This document shows, piece by piece, positions 51,454-63,300 of a stretch of 64,000 nt of DNA (its first letter is position 1; every line of letters starts with the position of its first letter). This DNA is from Octopus vulgaris (lineage: Eukaryota), in the NCBI GenBank assembly GCA_951406725.2, contig OX597814.1, positions 128,960,001 through 129,024,000 on the forward strand, given 5' to 3'. The position numbers and the translations under genes were made by a program. The notes below the pieces were generated by a model. That model saw nothing but the letters and a program-made list of their open reading frames with translations. It was not told the origin of the DNA and searched no databases.

Positions 51454-51946
51454 GGGCCCATAAGGCTGTTCAGCCAGTCCTGCCTACAACACATCATATA
51501 GGTACTGTATCACAATACTGTACTACCCAGAACCATATAACATAACCCTCTTGCACAAAGTACCTGCACATCCGAATTTGGTTTTATATTTTTGTATTAA
51601 TATTTTATATTAAATTGGTCAGAGGGAAAAGATGGGCAATCTCTATGACTGTTTTCGCTCAGGTCATCCTGGGCAATCCTCTGTGCAGTATCCCAGTCAG
51701 TCCCCATCTCTGCAAGATACTTCCTTAAAAAGGATAATGGAAAAAAAACCCCACAAAACCCTCCAGAAATGTAGGCCTAACTTCATGTTTGAATGAATGA
51801 TTATCAGCGGAATGGGTCACAGTAGGAACCAATTATGTTAACAATAAACAAATCCATCTTATCAATACATGTATTGTACCAGTGATATAATACTTGCATT
51901 GTTTATGTGATTTCATCACACTTCCTCTGTACAAGTTTTATAATAA

Positions 51947-52337
51947 CTCACAGTATCGCCCAGCATTGCTTGGGTTTGTTTTGACCCTTTAGAATTGGAA
52001 TTTTTGAAAAGTAAAAATTTTGCATTATGTAGCTTGTTATTCTCTTTAAGTGAACATTTTTCTGGTTGAAATACACCAAAAAATGGTGACACAGCAGTCA
52101 AAAATTCGTAAAAAATAGGGATTTTCATAGAAAAAAGCACCTTTTTGATGTAAATAATTTTTGGTGTTATCATGGTCCGATTTGAATTTTATCTACTACG
52201 GGAGGAAGAGCAAGCCTTCTTCTATCATACTCTCAATTTTGGTCAACTTGTGCCTCAGGGTCCCGGAGGAGATAGTGTTAGTTGAAGGCTACTAAACCTG
52301 CCATACAGACAACTTCAGCTTTATATATATATATAGA
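51947..52337 (-). mobile_element. Non-autonomous Helitron, second copy
   Basis: Reverse complement of 16532-16924; CTAG end degenerate. Confidence 0.85.
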
Positions 52338-53547
52338 GAGAGAGATTACAATATAACAAACATGACAAAGATAGAACTTTTAACATATATAACCACTGAA
52401 AAGTAGCGGTAAACATGATGTTGCTAAATATTAATGAAAACACCAAGGGAGTCGTTTGATATATGTAAGTTTGTCTGTTTCACTGTCCACTGGGGAAATC
52501 TCACTGCAGGGAAACATAAACAAATGCATTTCCTAATAACAGTGAGCAGCCTTTACCACACCTACTGTTAATTTTCTATTATTTAAACATCTGTATCCCT
52601 GTAGTAGCGGGAGAAGCATCTGTCTCTATTGTATTCTCTTTTGATAATGGAAATAGTTTTTTGGCATTAACACTAATAATAATAATAATTTCATATATTA
52701 ATATTAAAGCCTTTGAGATGTAGAAACAAAAAATGTGGAGGGGATTTGTTATGCTTGTGAGTTTACCCCAGTAGGTTTGAGAAATAAGCAAGGTGGTTCC
52801 CAGAGAGAACTAAAAGCAGGCAACAAGTTTAATTCACCCCAAGAATTATACTGTACTACATAGAACCATGAAAATTGGAGCTGATGAAGATATCTCTATA
52901 TGGTTGCTCAACCTGTTAGAAATAACAGTTAAGTTACCTCAAATTGCACCCTGCCATCTAAAAAAGGATATAGACACATTGAAGTGGTCCTAGATATGCA
53001 AAACTAAAGAAGGCTAAATGATTTTGGCTGGAACATCTTTGGTCCTAGTTTTGCTCAGTTGATGGTGATCTGGGGCCAAACAACAACCACCAACATACTG
53101 TGTCACGTAGGCTCTCCAACATAACATGGAATCACATGGGAGCAGAGTTGTCTTAAGGTATGGGCACACTGGACAGTTACCCAATGGCCCCATGGGTTTA
53201 GGGACCAGATACTTAACCTATGTATGCTGTGGTCTGTAGTTTGGTGCCAAGAAATAAATGTAGAATCCCTAGTGCATTGTTTTGCCTCGAGACCCATAAG
53301 ACTGTGGAGAGAGTTCTGTATAGGGGCACGAATACAACTCTGTCATGTAGGTACCCCCATCACTATACTGTACTACATTAGAGCCATTAATACAACCCTC
53401 TAGCACAAAATACCTGCACATATGAATTTGTTTTGGATATTTTTGTATATGGGCAAACTGGTGAGATTCATGGGATTTGTATTCAATTTAATCATCCATA
53501 GATCAATAGCAGTACAAAAAAGAAAATCAAAAAGAAGTTTTAAAGTA

Positions 53548-53945
53548 TAGGCACAGGACTGGCTGTATGGTAAGTAGCTTGCTTACAAACCACATGGTTC
53601 CAGGTTCAGTCTCACTGCGTGGCACCTTGGCAAGTGTCTTCTTCTATAGCCTCGGGCCGACCAAAGCCTTTTGAGTGGATTTGGTAGACGGAAACTGAAA
53701 GAAGCCCATCGTATATATGTATATACATGTGTGTGTGTGTGATTGTGTGTTTGTCCCACCCAACATCGCTTGACAACCGATGCTGGTGTGTTCACATCCC
53801 CGTCACTTAGCAGTTCGGCAAAAAGGACCGATAGAATAAGTACTAGGCTTACAAAGAATAAGTCCTGGGGTCGATTTGCTCGACTACAGGTGGTGCTCCA
53901 GCATGGCCACAGTCAAAAGATTGAAACAAGTAAAAGATTAAGAGT
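53548..53945 (+). mobile_element. SINE family A
   Basis: Complete copy. Confidence 0.9.
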
Positions 53946-54849
53946 AGTGATGGGGGGAAAGGATGAGGCAGAATGCATTATGGAGACTATAGGGGTTGCA
54001 GGGTGAGCTATGGTGAAGGTGATAGGTGGATGAGAGGCAGGTGGTTTGTTATTCTGAGGAATATAGGTCATTTTTGTTGTGATAGAAGAAACAGAGGGAA
54101 GCCACTCTGTATTTCTGAGACAATAATTGTAATGTGTTAGTAAATGATTCACAGTCAGTTGAATGGATGTGGTCTACGATGTGTCTGTGTGCAACAAGGC
54201 AACACTGTCACATACTTGTGAGCTGTGCTCTGTGTTAGTCTTATATGAGCTTTATAGAGACTCAATGTTTTTACTGCTGGATGTTTTTATATGATAGTAT
54301 TTTACAATTCCACTATATTACATATGTGAGTCCCGACTGTAATTGTAATGTAGGTGTGGCTTGATTTATGTTTAATGAACTGCTAAAAAACAATTTTACA
54401 AATAGCTAATAAGGAATGAATTATATATAAATCAGCTATGAGATGCATGGATGAAAAGGCTAGACTACAAAAGAGAGGTCAATTATGATAAGTATCAGAA
54501 AAATGTATAAGTGTGAGTTTGTGAGTTATAGTGTTGATTTGGATATGAGGTAAATGAAGGCTGTATGCTGGGCTCATTATATTGTCATGAGCTGGAGGTC
54601 GATGAGTGAAGCTGAATGAGAACCTGTGAGTAGGAGTGAGACATGAGTTAAAAAAAGCTTAAATTGATGGTAGACAAAGAAAACAGAACCCATTCTTATA
54701 CCTAAAAAAAAATTATAAACCCAATAGTATATGTATGTATACACACATGCACACACATACATAAATACCAAGCCAAGACAGACTATGGAACATGGTGTGG
54801 CTCCTGGCCTTGCCAGCTCCTGTCAAACCATCCAACCCTTGCCAACATG

Positions 54850-54949
54850 NNNNNNNNNNNNNNNNNNNNNNNNNNNNNNNNNNNNNNNNNNNNNNNNNNN
54901 NNNNNNNNNNNNNNNNNNNNNNNNNNNNNNNNNNNNNNNNNNNNNNNNN
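54850..54949. other. Assembly gap (100 N)
   Basis: Run of Ns; ACCCTTGCCAACATG is present on both sides. Confidence 1.
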
Positions 54950-55111
54950 ACCCTTGCCAACATGGAAAACGGATGCTAAATGGTGATATATATATATATA
55001 TATATATAGTTAACCCAAACATGAAAACACAAAGAGAAAACACAACAATGTGAGGACGTGGAACAAGTATAGTGTTATTGGACGCTCAAGAAAGGAAAGA
55101 AAGAAGGAGGA

Positions 55112-55144
55112 TTTAACGTTTCGAGCGGAGCTCTGCATCAGAAA
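55112..55144 (-). ncRNA. Minimal type I hammerhead ribozyme (core variant)
   Basis: Minus strand: ttt-CTGATGCA-gagc-tcc-gctc-GAAA-c-GTT-aaa; loopless palindromic helix III (AACGTT); lies in the (TA)n-flanked insert 55008-55226. Confidence 0.7.
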
Positions 55145-55222
55145 CATTGGAAAAGGAAAGATCCAAGGAAGGGAAGACAGAGGAAAAAAGTCACCAACGG
55201 TACACACATGGTCATATTACCC

Positions 55223-55278
<56 letters not shown>

Positions 55279-55460
55279 GGGGTACTTCTTCTTCCCTACC
55301 AAGAATTCACAACGACCTCGAACCCACAAGAGTAAGCAAGAGAGAGAGAAAGAAACTGGCAGAAACAAGGAAAATGCCACTTGTATTTGAACACAATACA
55401 AATATTCTTTTAAAAAACTTTTCTTTTAATTTTTCCAAATATAATTGTTTTCCATACTTA

Positions 55461-55496
55461 CAGTTGAAAAAGTCTCAATGACTGAAACCGGTACTG
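55461..55496 (+). ncRNA. Degenerate minimal type I hammerhead ribozyme
   Basis: cag-TTGAAAA-agtc-tcaat-gact-GAAA-ccgg-TA-ctg; all three helices intact, palindromic ACCGGT, two core substitutions relative to CUGAAGA. Confidence 0.65.
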
Positions 55497-56165
55497 AAGT
55501 TTTTTTTATAAAATTATTTTAGCATCTTCTATCTTGACTTTTTTTCCCATATATATATATATATATAAACATGTGTGCACACACACACACAAATATGCAT
55601 ATGAGTTTTGAAAGCAAAGAAAACTTGAATTATTCTGCATATTTGAACACCGAGGTCTTGATTGCGTGTAAGTTACTTAAGTTTAAAAGACTACAAATGT
55701 GTATTCTTTATTCATTCTTAAATTGGACCTCAGAAAGAAGCAACAAAAAAATACAACTTCCCAAAAATGTAATTTAATTATATATGTTAATATAGCTAGT
55801 GGGGATTTAAAATTTTACAGCTTTACTCAAATTTCATGTCATGATGTAAGGACAAAAAGTATTCAGTACATGTTTTAGGAATGCTTTGCAATATCCGTTC
55901 TTGTCTTGCATTCATTTCTTCATCTCTTTTATTTGTTTCTTTCTTCCTCTCTTACATTCACACAAGACATACACATCTTCTATCTTTTACTTGCCGGCAT
56001 GGAAAACGGATGCTAAATGGGGATTTATATATATGTATATATATATATATTCATTACAGATGTAGGGTAAAGAATTATTAATTTAATAAACCAATAAATT
56101 TACTAAGTAGTTTTCGGTATGGAAAAGAACCATATTTGGTAAAAACTTATACAAAAAGTTTTTTT

Positions 56166-56337
56166 TATATAATTATAACAATAATTAAGGGTTTAGAAAC
56201 AAGTTGCTTCACTGCATACCAAAAATTTAGAAATAGGAGCCAAAAGACCGTTATTTCTTTTGGCTGCTATTTCTAAATTTTCGGTATGTGGTGAAGCAAC
56301 TTGTTGCTAAACTCTTAATTATTGTTATAATTATATA
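56166..56337. repeat. 82-bp imperfect inverted repeat with 8-nt spacer
   Basis: 56166-56247 pairs with 56256-56337 with few mismatches; in a (TA)n-flanked insert. Confidence 0.9.
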
Positions 56338-56340
56338 TAT

Positions 56341-56630
56341 GCGAGCTCGAATCCCGGACTGGGCTGCGTGTTGTGTTCTTGAGCAAGGCACTTTATTTCA
56401 CGTTGCTCCAGTTCACTCAGCTGTAGAAATGAGTTGCGACGTCACAGGTGCCAAGCTGTATCGACCTTTGTCTTTCCCTTGGATAACACTGGTGGCGTGG
56501 AGAGGGAGGCTGGTATGCATGGGCGACTGCTGGTCTTCCATAAACAACCTTGCCCGGACTTGTGTCTAGGAGGGTAACTTTCTAGGTGCAATCCCATGGT
56601 CATTCATGACCGAAGGGGGTCTTTACCCTT
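56341..56630 (+). mobile_element. CORE-type SINE (family D), 5'-truncated
   Basis: B-box-like 'tcgaatccc', CORE-like 'tgtgttcttgagcaaggcacttt...ccagttcactcagctgt'; CpG-rich. Confidence 0.75.
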
Positions 56631-56684
56631 TATATATATGGGTAGATGGGTACAACATTGACTTTCTGGACATAGATTGTCTGA

Positions 56685-57102
56685 AATGTGGCCATACTGG
56701 AGCACTGCCTTGAAGGGCTTAGTTGAACGAACTGACCTCAATACTTATGTTTATGTCTGGTGCTTATTCTGTCAGTCATTTTTATTGAACTTCTAGGTTA
56801 CAAGGATGTAAACGAAACAACACCAGTTGTCAAACGGTGATGGGACACACACACATGCACATATATACAATGAGCTTCCATACAGTTTCCATCCACCAAA
56901 TTCACACCTAAAGTATTGATCAGCCCAGAACTATAGCAGGGGACACTTGCCCAATATGCCACATAATGAGATTGAACTTGCATCCATTTGGTTTCAAATC
57001 AAGCTTCTTAATCACACAGCCATGTCTACACCTAAGTAATATATTCAAACACACATTCATATATACATATATATGTATATATTACATACATATCTGTATG
57101 TG

Positions 57103-57133
<31 letters not shown>

Positions 57134-57525
57134 GTTTGGATATCTGTGTAAATAAATATTCTTTTACTGGTTTCACTCATTAGACTGTGGCCATGCTGGA
57201 GCACCACCTTTAGTTGAATGAATCGACCCCAGGACTTATTCTTTGTAAGCCTGGTCTTTATTCCATCGGTCTCTTTTGCCAAACTGCTAAGTTACAGGGG
57301 CATAAACACACCGACATTGGTTGTCAAATGATGGTGGGGAACAAACACAGATACACCAACATACACACTCACACAGTTTCCGTCTTTCAGTTTCCGTCAC
57401 CAAATCCACTCACAAGGCTTTGGTCAGCCCGAGGCTATAGTAGAAAGCACTTGCCCAAGGTGCCATGCAGTGGGACTGAACCCGGAATCATGTGGTTGGA
57501 AACCTGTTTCTTACCATAGCCACAT
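56685..57525 (-). mobile_element. Two consecutive SINE family A copies
   Basis: Older copy 56685-57033, younger copy 57160-57525. Confidence 0.75.
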
Positions 57526-58087
57526 ATGTATATATGAATATACATACATGTATGTAGCATAAATATATATATACACAAGTATGTGTGTGTGTATATATAT
57601 ATATGTGTGCACACGCTTATAAGTCAGACATGTTATATGAATAGTAAAGAACTTGATACCAACAACCATTTACATCTCGCTCAAATTTGGTGTTGGTAAA
57701 CCATTTTGTGTTACAAGTGAATTCATTGCTTTGTAACTTAGGTTACAAATCTCCTGGTTCCTAATGACTGTCACCTCACAGTTGTTTATGGCCCACCCAG
57801 AATATGCGTAAGATATCACTGCCCTGAGAAAATGGCTAATATCTGTGTGTGTATATGTTTTTATTTATATGTGTTCACTCATATGTGTGTGTGTGTGTGT
57901 GTATCAATGTTTATGTATGTGTTCATACTCATACATCTTTATGTATGTGTATGTCTTTATGCATATGTATGTATATACGACATATATTCATGTATGTGTA
58001 CATAATTATACGTCATTATTCCATGCACATACACAAAATGTGCATTGAATAAATTTGCTATATATGTGTATACACACACACACATTG

Positions 58088-58138
<51 letters not shown>

Positions 58139-58510
58139 GTTAAATTTGTTTACTTTATGACATTATCTGACAGTAACGGATAACGAGTCTGTTTTGATTT
58201 CGAAAGAATTTTAAAAGCAATGACGTTTCATGGTTTGTCTGTCTAAGAAACATGTAACCTCTTTTTTAACCTTGGAAAATATTTAAGTTTCTGTCACATT
58301 TAGGACTAAATTCCCGGAATTAATCACAAAGAAATAGTTTCTTACTGATATATAAATAATGTAGGAAGCAGTTTAACAGTGTTTTACCAAAAAAGAAAAC
58401 TATAACTGTCATTAAGTATGACTGTGGGTGTTTGAACACATATATATATGTGTGTGTGTATATATTATTTACAATAGAAAGATAGGTGTCCTCACCTTGT
58501 TTGTTGATTC

Positions 58511-58552
58511 CACAATGTTTCGGCTGATGTACTCTCCAGCCTTCATCAGGTG
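58511..58552 (-). ncRNA. Minimal type I hammerhead ribozyme
   Basis: Minus strand: cac-CTGATGA-a-ggctg-gagagtacat-cagcc-GAAA-c-ATT-gtg; helix III ACAT is probably CpG-decayed ACGT. Confidence 0.75.
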
Positions 58553-58622
58553 TTCTTGTGGAACCCTTTATTTGACTAATGGGGTACTCTGTTCTCATTC
58601 CTAAGGTATTCTTTTTTTGCTG

Positions 58623-58695
58623 AGTCCCTGCCTGGAATTGAACCCAGAATCTGAGGGTTAGTAGCCTGTGCTCTTATCAACTACACTATAAGCCC
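58623..58695 (-). other. tRNA-derived module inside the Penelope-like 3' region (not a functional tRNA)
   Basis: TAGTGTAGTTG A-box-like, GGTTCAATTCC B-box with T-stem ctggg/ccag, anticodon-like loop ctACTaa; no good acceptor stem. Confidence 0.65.
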
Positions 58696-58886
58696 GTAGG
58701 CAATTATGGAGTGAATTTTGGGGCTTATAAACCTAATATTTTATCTTTCCTTAATACCAGCTCCTATGTTACATTCATATCTGTACTAGGTCTGCTAAGG
58801 AGGTTGTTGTGTCCTAGCATATGTGCTGCCTCTTTTAATTTTCGTATTTTCTTGAGGAGACCTATTGAGTCAAGTACGTCAACATC

Positions 58887-59239
58887 AAAATAAAAATCAA
58901 ATGGAAATTGTAGTTAAGACACCTGTGCCGGTGACATGTAAAAAGCACCGTCTAAACATGGCAGATGCCAGTACCGCCTGACTGGCATCTGTGTCAGTGA
59001 CATGTAAAAGCACCAACCGATTGTGGCCGTTTGCCAGCCCGCTCTGACCCCTGTGCCGGTGGCACGTAAAAACCACCCACTACACTCACAGATTGGTTGG
59101 CGTTAGGAAGGGCATCCAGCTGTAGAAACACTGCCAAATCAGACCAGAGCCTGGTGCAGCCTCTATAGCTTACCAGACCCTGGTCGAACCGTCCAACAAA
59201 TGCTAGCATGGAAAACAGATGTTAAATGATGATGATGAT
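58887..59239 (+). mobile_element. Family C retroposon
   Basis: Matches 19030-19381. Confidence 0.85.
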
Positions 59240-59759
59240 TTTCCAATGGTGCTCTCTGTCTATTATTTCAACTTCACTCCACAGGGGGAAGTGGTCTCCG
59301 TTTTTCCAGACAAGAGCAGCTACTCCTGAGTTTTCAATATCCCCTCATGTCACAGCTTTATGGTGTTCCTTTACCTTTATTTTAAGGGACGGCATGTTTT
59401 GCCTTTTGTAACCTATCACAACTGCATGGGATAGAGGTGCATGCAGTTTTTGGTAATGTTCTCACCTTTGTGAGATGAAGCCATGCATAGGAAAGATGTT
59501 TTGGGAATAATTTAATATGCAGACAAATTCATGACAGAAGCCTCAAGATTGACATACACAAGATCTAGAGATAACACTGGTATGCTACTGCATAAACACG
59601 ACAGAAGTAAATAAACACCCTTATAATCATTAAAATTTATCTAAATCTGAAATTATACATTCAAATTATTTATTAATTGTTATAATGTGAATATTTAATA
59701 TTTAGTAGACATGCCCTTTGCATTTTTCAATGCAAGGACCCTATTAGGCATGTTACTGA

Positions 59760-60243
59760 TCAGATGACAAATATTCTCTTGTGGAATTTCTTACCAAGTT
59801 TCATGCAGTAATCTCAAAAGATCTGGTTTTGAAGATGCTTTCTTGTTCATTTTATGAAGTGTCCTGTTCATTATGTCCCAGAGGTCCAGAGGTGTTCAAT
59901 AGGATTCATATCTAGTGACTGGCTTGGCTAGGGAAGCTTTTTAAAGCCATTTTCATACAACAAATCTTGGGTCATTTTAGCCGTGCAACAAAAAGCCCCC
60001 TCTTCCATAAATAAAGAGTCTTCTTTAATCATTTCACCACTGGAGAAGATATTGAAAGGAGTCCTTTCTGCAATATGGACACATATTTATCTGAGTTTGT
60101 TTCCCTCACACTATACCAGCTCTGACCAACCATTGCTCCAAATTGCTCCCCATACCATCACCGAATAACTGCCAGGTTTCATTGTTGGCTGCAATCTTTT
60201 CACATCAAATTCTTGATCACAGAGTCTCCAGATCCACACTCTA

Positions 60244-60245
<2 letters not shown>
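59760..60245 (-). pseudogene. Tc1/mariner transposase remnant
   Basis: Minus-strand motifs RVWIWR...[36 protein letters not shown], with stops and frameshifts. Confidence 0.85.
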
Positions 60246-60278
<33 letters not shown>

Positions 60279-60549
60279 TATGTTCCTCTGCCTTAAATAA
60301 TAATAATTTTCAATCATAGGTACAAAGCCTGAAATGTAAGTTGATTACATTGATTCTAGCACTGTATTACTACTTGTTTCATTGACCCTTAAAATATGAA
60401 AGGCAAAGTTATCCTTTGTGGAATTTAAACTCAGAACATATAGATGGATTAAACACTGCTAAACATTTTGTCTGGTGTGCTAACGATCCCGCCAGCTTGT
60501 CACCTTAACAATAATGTTTTTAACACAGGCACAAAGTTTGAAATTTGAG

Positions 60550-60938
60550 AGCTGTGTGATAAGTAGCTAGCTTACCAACCACATGGTTCTGGGTTCAGTC
60601 CTACTGCATGGCACCTTGGGCAAGTGTCTTCTACTATAGCCTCAGGCTGACCAAAGCCTTGTGAGTGGATTTGGTAGACGGAAACTGAAAGAAGTCCATC
60701 GTATATATGTATATATATATGTGTGTGTGTTTGTGTGTCTGTGTTTGTCCCCCCAACATTGCTTGACAACCGATGCTGGTGTGTTTACGTCCCCGTAACT
60801 TATCGGTTCAGCAAAAGTGACTGATAGAATAAGTACTAGGCTTACAAAGGATAAGTCCTGGGGTCAATTTGCTCAACTAAAGGCGGTGTTCCAGCATGGC
60901 TGCAGTCAAATGACTGAAACAAGTAAAAAAAAAAAATA
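60550..60938 (+). mobile_element. SINE family A
   Basis: Near-complete copy. Confidence 0.9.
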
Positions 60939-61223
60939 GAATGGTTGATTATATAAACCACAGTATTTAATTGGTAGCTTATTTTTATGACTCAGGTGGG
61001 ATGAAAAGCAAAGTTGAATTCTCAAGAGATGAAGAACCAAACGAAATACCACAATGTACTTACTCCGATGCTCTACCGATTCTGCCAGTCCATCACCCTA
61101 ATAATCCTTTCTATTATAAACACAAGAAAAGGCTAGTGGATTTTATCAACCCCAGTGCTCCACTTGTACTTATTTTATCTATCCTAAAAGGATGAAACTC
61201 GCTGGAACCTTACTTTGCTTTAT

Positions 61224-61470
61224 GTGGAGGCGCGTGGCTTAGTGGTTAAGATGCCAGCATCATGATCGTAAGATTGTGGTTTCAATTCCTGGACTGGGTG
61301 ATGCATTGTGTTCTTGAGCAAAACACTTCATTTCACGTTGCTCCAGTCCACTCAGCTGGTAAAAGTGAGTAAAGCTGTGATGGACTGGTGTCCTGTTCAG
61401 CTGGGGAAAACATACGCCATAGAAACTAGGAAAATGGGCCCATGAGCCTGGCTAGGCTTTAAAATGGTGA
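61224..61470 (+). mobile_element. CORE-type SINE (family D-related) with tRNA head
   Basis: TGGCTTAGTGG A-box, GGTTTCAATTCC B-box, CORE-like 'tgtgttcttgagcaaaacactt...ccactcagctg'. Confidence 0.75.
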
Positions 61471-61714
61471 AGGAAAAAGGATGAAAGGTAAACTTAACCT
61501 CAGCAGAATTTGAACCCAGAACATTAGGCCAAAAGAAGCGCAAAGTATTGAACTTAGAATGTTAAGAGCCTGAACAGATACCACTAAGCATTTTTCTCCA
61601 ACTCTCTAATGATTCTGCCTTCTAGGCAACGATTGTATAACATTACAACACAAATGTATTTAAAATATTTTCCCTTCTTTTCCTTTACACCATATACTTT
61701 ACATATGAACACTC

Positions 61715-61755
<41 letters not shown>

Positions 61756-62097
61756 TAAAGCAAAAGCAAACCTGGTAATAGTTGTCATATTTGAAGAATT
61801 TGTTGAAGATTCACCAATAATCTACAAAATCACTGATATCGTACCAAATGAGTTTTTAAATTCCAGTAGAACAAGATATCCAGAGATAAAGTAGGTTTGT
61901 TAGCTCATATTCACATTTTTTTTATCTTTAAAAATCCTGTCTCAAGTTTTTAAAAATTTTTTTGCCATTACATACCTATGTTATCTATTTGAGCCTACTG
62001 AAGCTGTTTGTGAGCCATAAATTCATTTAATTAAAGTATGGTTATAAATACGAATCCAATGTGCTTTTTACTGTTGGGCAGCTTCATTATAAGTGGG

Positions 62098-62703
62098 AAT
62101 GGTGCAGCCTCACCTGGAATTTGCATCACTGGTCTGGAGCCCCTATCTTGCCCAGGATATTAATCGTCTGGAAACCATTCAGTGACGTGCAACCAAGAGA
62201 ATACCCTCTATCAGGCATTTGCCATATTCTGAACGCCCTACTTCCCTGGGCATGGATACATTGAAACTCCAACGTCTGGCAGCTGACTTGGCAGACACCA
62301 TATAATTTATTAACTGTCTTACTAACAATAACTCTGAGCACCTTTTCAAACTCCACTTATCTAACACCCGTGGACATGTTTACAAAGTCAGAAAACAGCA
62401 CAGCTCCCATCACTTTCGAAAACATGTTTTCCCACTAAGAGTTGCTGAAGTATGGAACAAACTGCCAGCATCAGTTGTTAGTTATCGGAGCACTGCATCC
62501 ATCAAAACTTCCATGTTTCCTGAGATTCACCAACACTACACCTGATTTTCTCCCCTCCATACCCACGCAAGCATGTATCTGACTCATACACTGTTCACTT
62601 TCCAGACATTTGTACATTACTGCATATGCTTTATATGCACTTTTGACAAGTTGTGGTGTACCTGAGTACTGTATACAATAATTTCATTATTATTATTATT
62701 ATT
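62098..62703 (+). mobile_element. CR1-clade LINE 3' fragment
   Basis: Closely similar to 28330-28924; (ATT)n tail. Confidence 0.9.
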
Positions 62704-62969
62704 GAATGTACTTTGTTCTAGGAATAAAATTCTGTAACTTATGGTTGTACAAATGGATTGACTGTACCACTCTGGCAGTCACCATATCTTGACTATATTG
62801 CTTCTCTGGGCATTGACACTCTAAAATTTTGACATTTAATGCTAACCTGGTAAAAGCTCACAAGATTAGCCATCATCTTTTCAAAAATAATTTTGGCTAC
62901 TTTTTAAATTCATCTACAACTTAAGGACCAGCTTATATATATATTAAAAAAAAAAGATAATAAAAAAAA

Positions 62970-63300
62970 AAAACTCAGTACCCATAATTTTCAGAAACAT
63001 TTTTTCATGCTCAGAATTGTCAAAGCATGAAACAAACTACCCACATCTATAGTTAACTGTCAGGACACCACATCCTCCAAAAATTCGATGCTTCTTGAAT
63101 TTCACCAACTGGCATATGTATTCTTGTCCTTTATAACTATTAGTGTTCATTTTCCTCTATTTTTGTGTTCTATTCTGTGTACTGTACATGTGCTTCTAGC
63201 TTTCGTTACTGTCTTTACATACTTATTTATCTGCTTTCTGTCCCCTTTAATCTTTTCTGATGAGTTACAGTGTGCCTGAGCACTCTATACAATAAGCTCT
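62970..63300 (+). mobile_element. Older CR1 3' fragment
   Basis: Degenerate match 'cagaaacattttttcatgctcagaattg...cctgagcactctatacaataa'. Confidence 0.6.

Larger units (their letters stand above)
58463..58860 (-). mobile_element. Penelope-like element 3' end (endonuclease C-terminus, tRNA-like module, hammerhead)
   Basis: Minus strand 58859-58725 reads LLKKIRKLKEAAHMLGHNNLLSRPSTDMNVT*ELVLRKDKILGL*, matching the PLE GIY-YIG C-terminal pattern R.KEA..I...LNR....W; ends at (TA)n. Confidence 0.7.

Noticed and set aside
58623-58695. Functional tRNA gene
   Set aside because: Acceptor and anticodon stems do not pair properly; embedded in a retroelement
61772-61821. Minus-strand 50-nt exon candidate (IIGESSTNSSNMTTIT)
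   Set aside because: Weak donor (GTTTGC), short pyrimidine tract, no partner exons
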